The position numbers were made by a program, and so were the translations under genes. Shown piece by piece: positions 62,821 through 64,000 of a stretch of 64,000 nucleotides of DNA; position 1 is the first letter of the stretch; each line of letters begins with the position of its first letter. Where the stretch lies: positions 1 to 64,000 of the forward strand of contig QPGO01000242.1 of NCBI GenBank assembly GCA_008632985.1. The letters run 5' to 3'. The notes below the pieces were generated by a model, which worked only from the letters and a program-made list of their open reading frames with translations, ran no database searches and was not told where the DNA came from. This stretch comes from Psammoneis japonica (taxonomy: Eukaryota).

Positions 62821-64000
62821 TCAAAGAAAACAAACACGTCTTTTCAAGGAAAACAAACGCATCATTTCAAGGAAAACAAACACGCGGTTTCAAGCAAAAC
62901 AAACACATGGTTTCAAGGAAAACAAACATGTCTTTTCAAGGAAAACAAATGTGTTGTTTCAAGAAAAACAAATGTGTGTTTTCAAGGAAAACAAACATGT
63001 GGTTTCCAGGAAAGCAAACATGTCGTTTCATGGAAAAGAAGCATGTCCATTCAAAGAAAACAAACACGTCTTTTCAAGGAAAACAAACGTGTCTTTTCAA
63101 GGAAAACAAACGTGTTGTTTCAAGGAAAACAAACGTGTTGTTTCAAGGAAAACAAACATGTTTTTTCAAGGAAAACAAACATGTCTTTTCAAGGAAAACA
63201 AATGTGTTGTTTCAGGGAAAACAAACATGTGGTTTCAGAGAAAACAAACATGTGTTTTCAAGGAAAACAAACATGTCGTTTCAAGAAAAACAAACGTGTC
63301 GTTTCAAAGAAAACAAACATGTCTTTTCAAGGAAAACAAACGTGTCTTTTCAAGGAAAACAAACGTGTTGCTTCAGGGAAAACAAACATGTTGTTTGAAG
63401 ACAAACATGTTGTTTCAAAGAAAACAAACACATCTTTTCAAGGAAAACAAACGAGTCGTTTCAAGAAAAACAAACGTGTCGTTTCAAGGAAAACAAACAC
63501 ATCTTTTCAAAGAAAGCCAAGGTGTCATTTCATGAAAAACAAACATGTGGTTTCAAGGAAAACAAACATGTCTTTTCAAGGAAAACAAACATGTCTTTTC
63601 AAGGAAAACAAACATGTCGTTTCAAGGAAAACAAACATGTCTTTTCAGAGAAAACAAACGTGTCATTTCAAGAAAAACAAACATGTCGTTTCAAGGAAAA
63701 CAGACATGTCTTGAAAACAAACATGTCGTTTCAAGGAAAACAAACATGCGTTTTCAAGGAAAACAAACATGTCGTTTCAAGGAAAACAAACATGTTGTTT
63801 CAAGGAAAACAAACATGTGTTTTCAAGGAAAACAAACATGTGGTTTCAAAGAAAGCAAACATGTCGTTTCATGGAAAACAAGCATGTCTTTTCAAAGAAA
63901 ACAAACAAGTCTTTTCAAGGAAAACAAACGTGTCTTTTCAAGGAAAACAAACGTGTCATTTCAAGGAAAACAAGCGTGTCTTTTCAAGGAAAACAAACAT
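62820..64000 (+). repeat. 23-bp satellite array running off the window end
   Basis: Tandem units. Confidence 0.97.

Noticed and set aside
11600..64000. Hundreds of overlapping Cys/His-rich ORFs in all six frames
   Set aside because: Loss of TpA removes TAA and TAG stops on both strands, so spurious ORFs are expected. Only TE or pseudogene motifs are credible.
11600..64000. Classical fungal RIP or plain CpG decay as the explanation
   Set aside because: RIP enriches TpA. CpG decay is present but cannot turn TAY codons into TGY or CAY.

Overview
Eukaryotic DNA, most likely from a diatom (short GT-AG introns, a bipartite plastid-targeting N-terminus, diatom-type Copia and HA-domain repeats). 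A compact gene island at ~1.8-11.3 kb holds a PDZ protein, SEC61B, a HAD-family protein, an AP2-domain protein, a plastid DnaJ protein and PRP19. It is flanked by repeats (1-1.6 kb and 11.6-64 kb) forming a scrambled patchwork of Ty1/Copia fragments, an RNase H-bearing non-LTR retrotransposon, HA-domain pseudogenes, three related MITEs with 4-bp TSDs, a 442-bp TRIM with tRNA-like A/B boxes, a 23-bp satellite, segmental duplications and two N gaps. The standout signal is a repeat-restricted loss of TpA dinucleotides, apparently converted to TpG or CpA on both strands. Conserved Tyr codons of the retroelements read Cys in one copy and His in another, surviving TpA sit mostly in YTAR context, and host genes are unaffected. 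This looks like a repeat-targeted A:T-to-G:C hypermutation process running opposite to fungal RIP. All calls come from reading the sequence; no searches were run.
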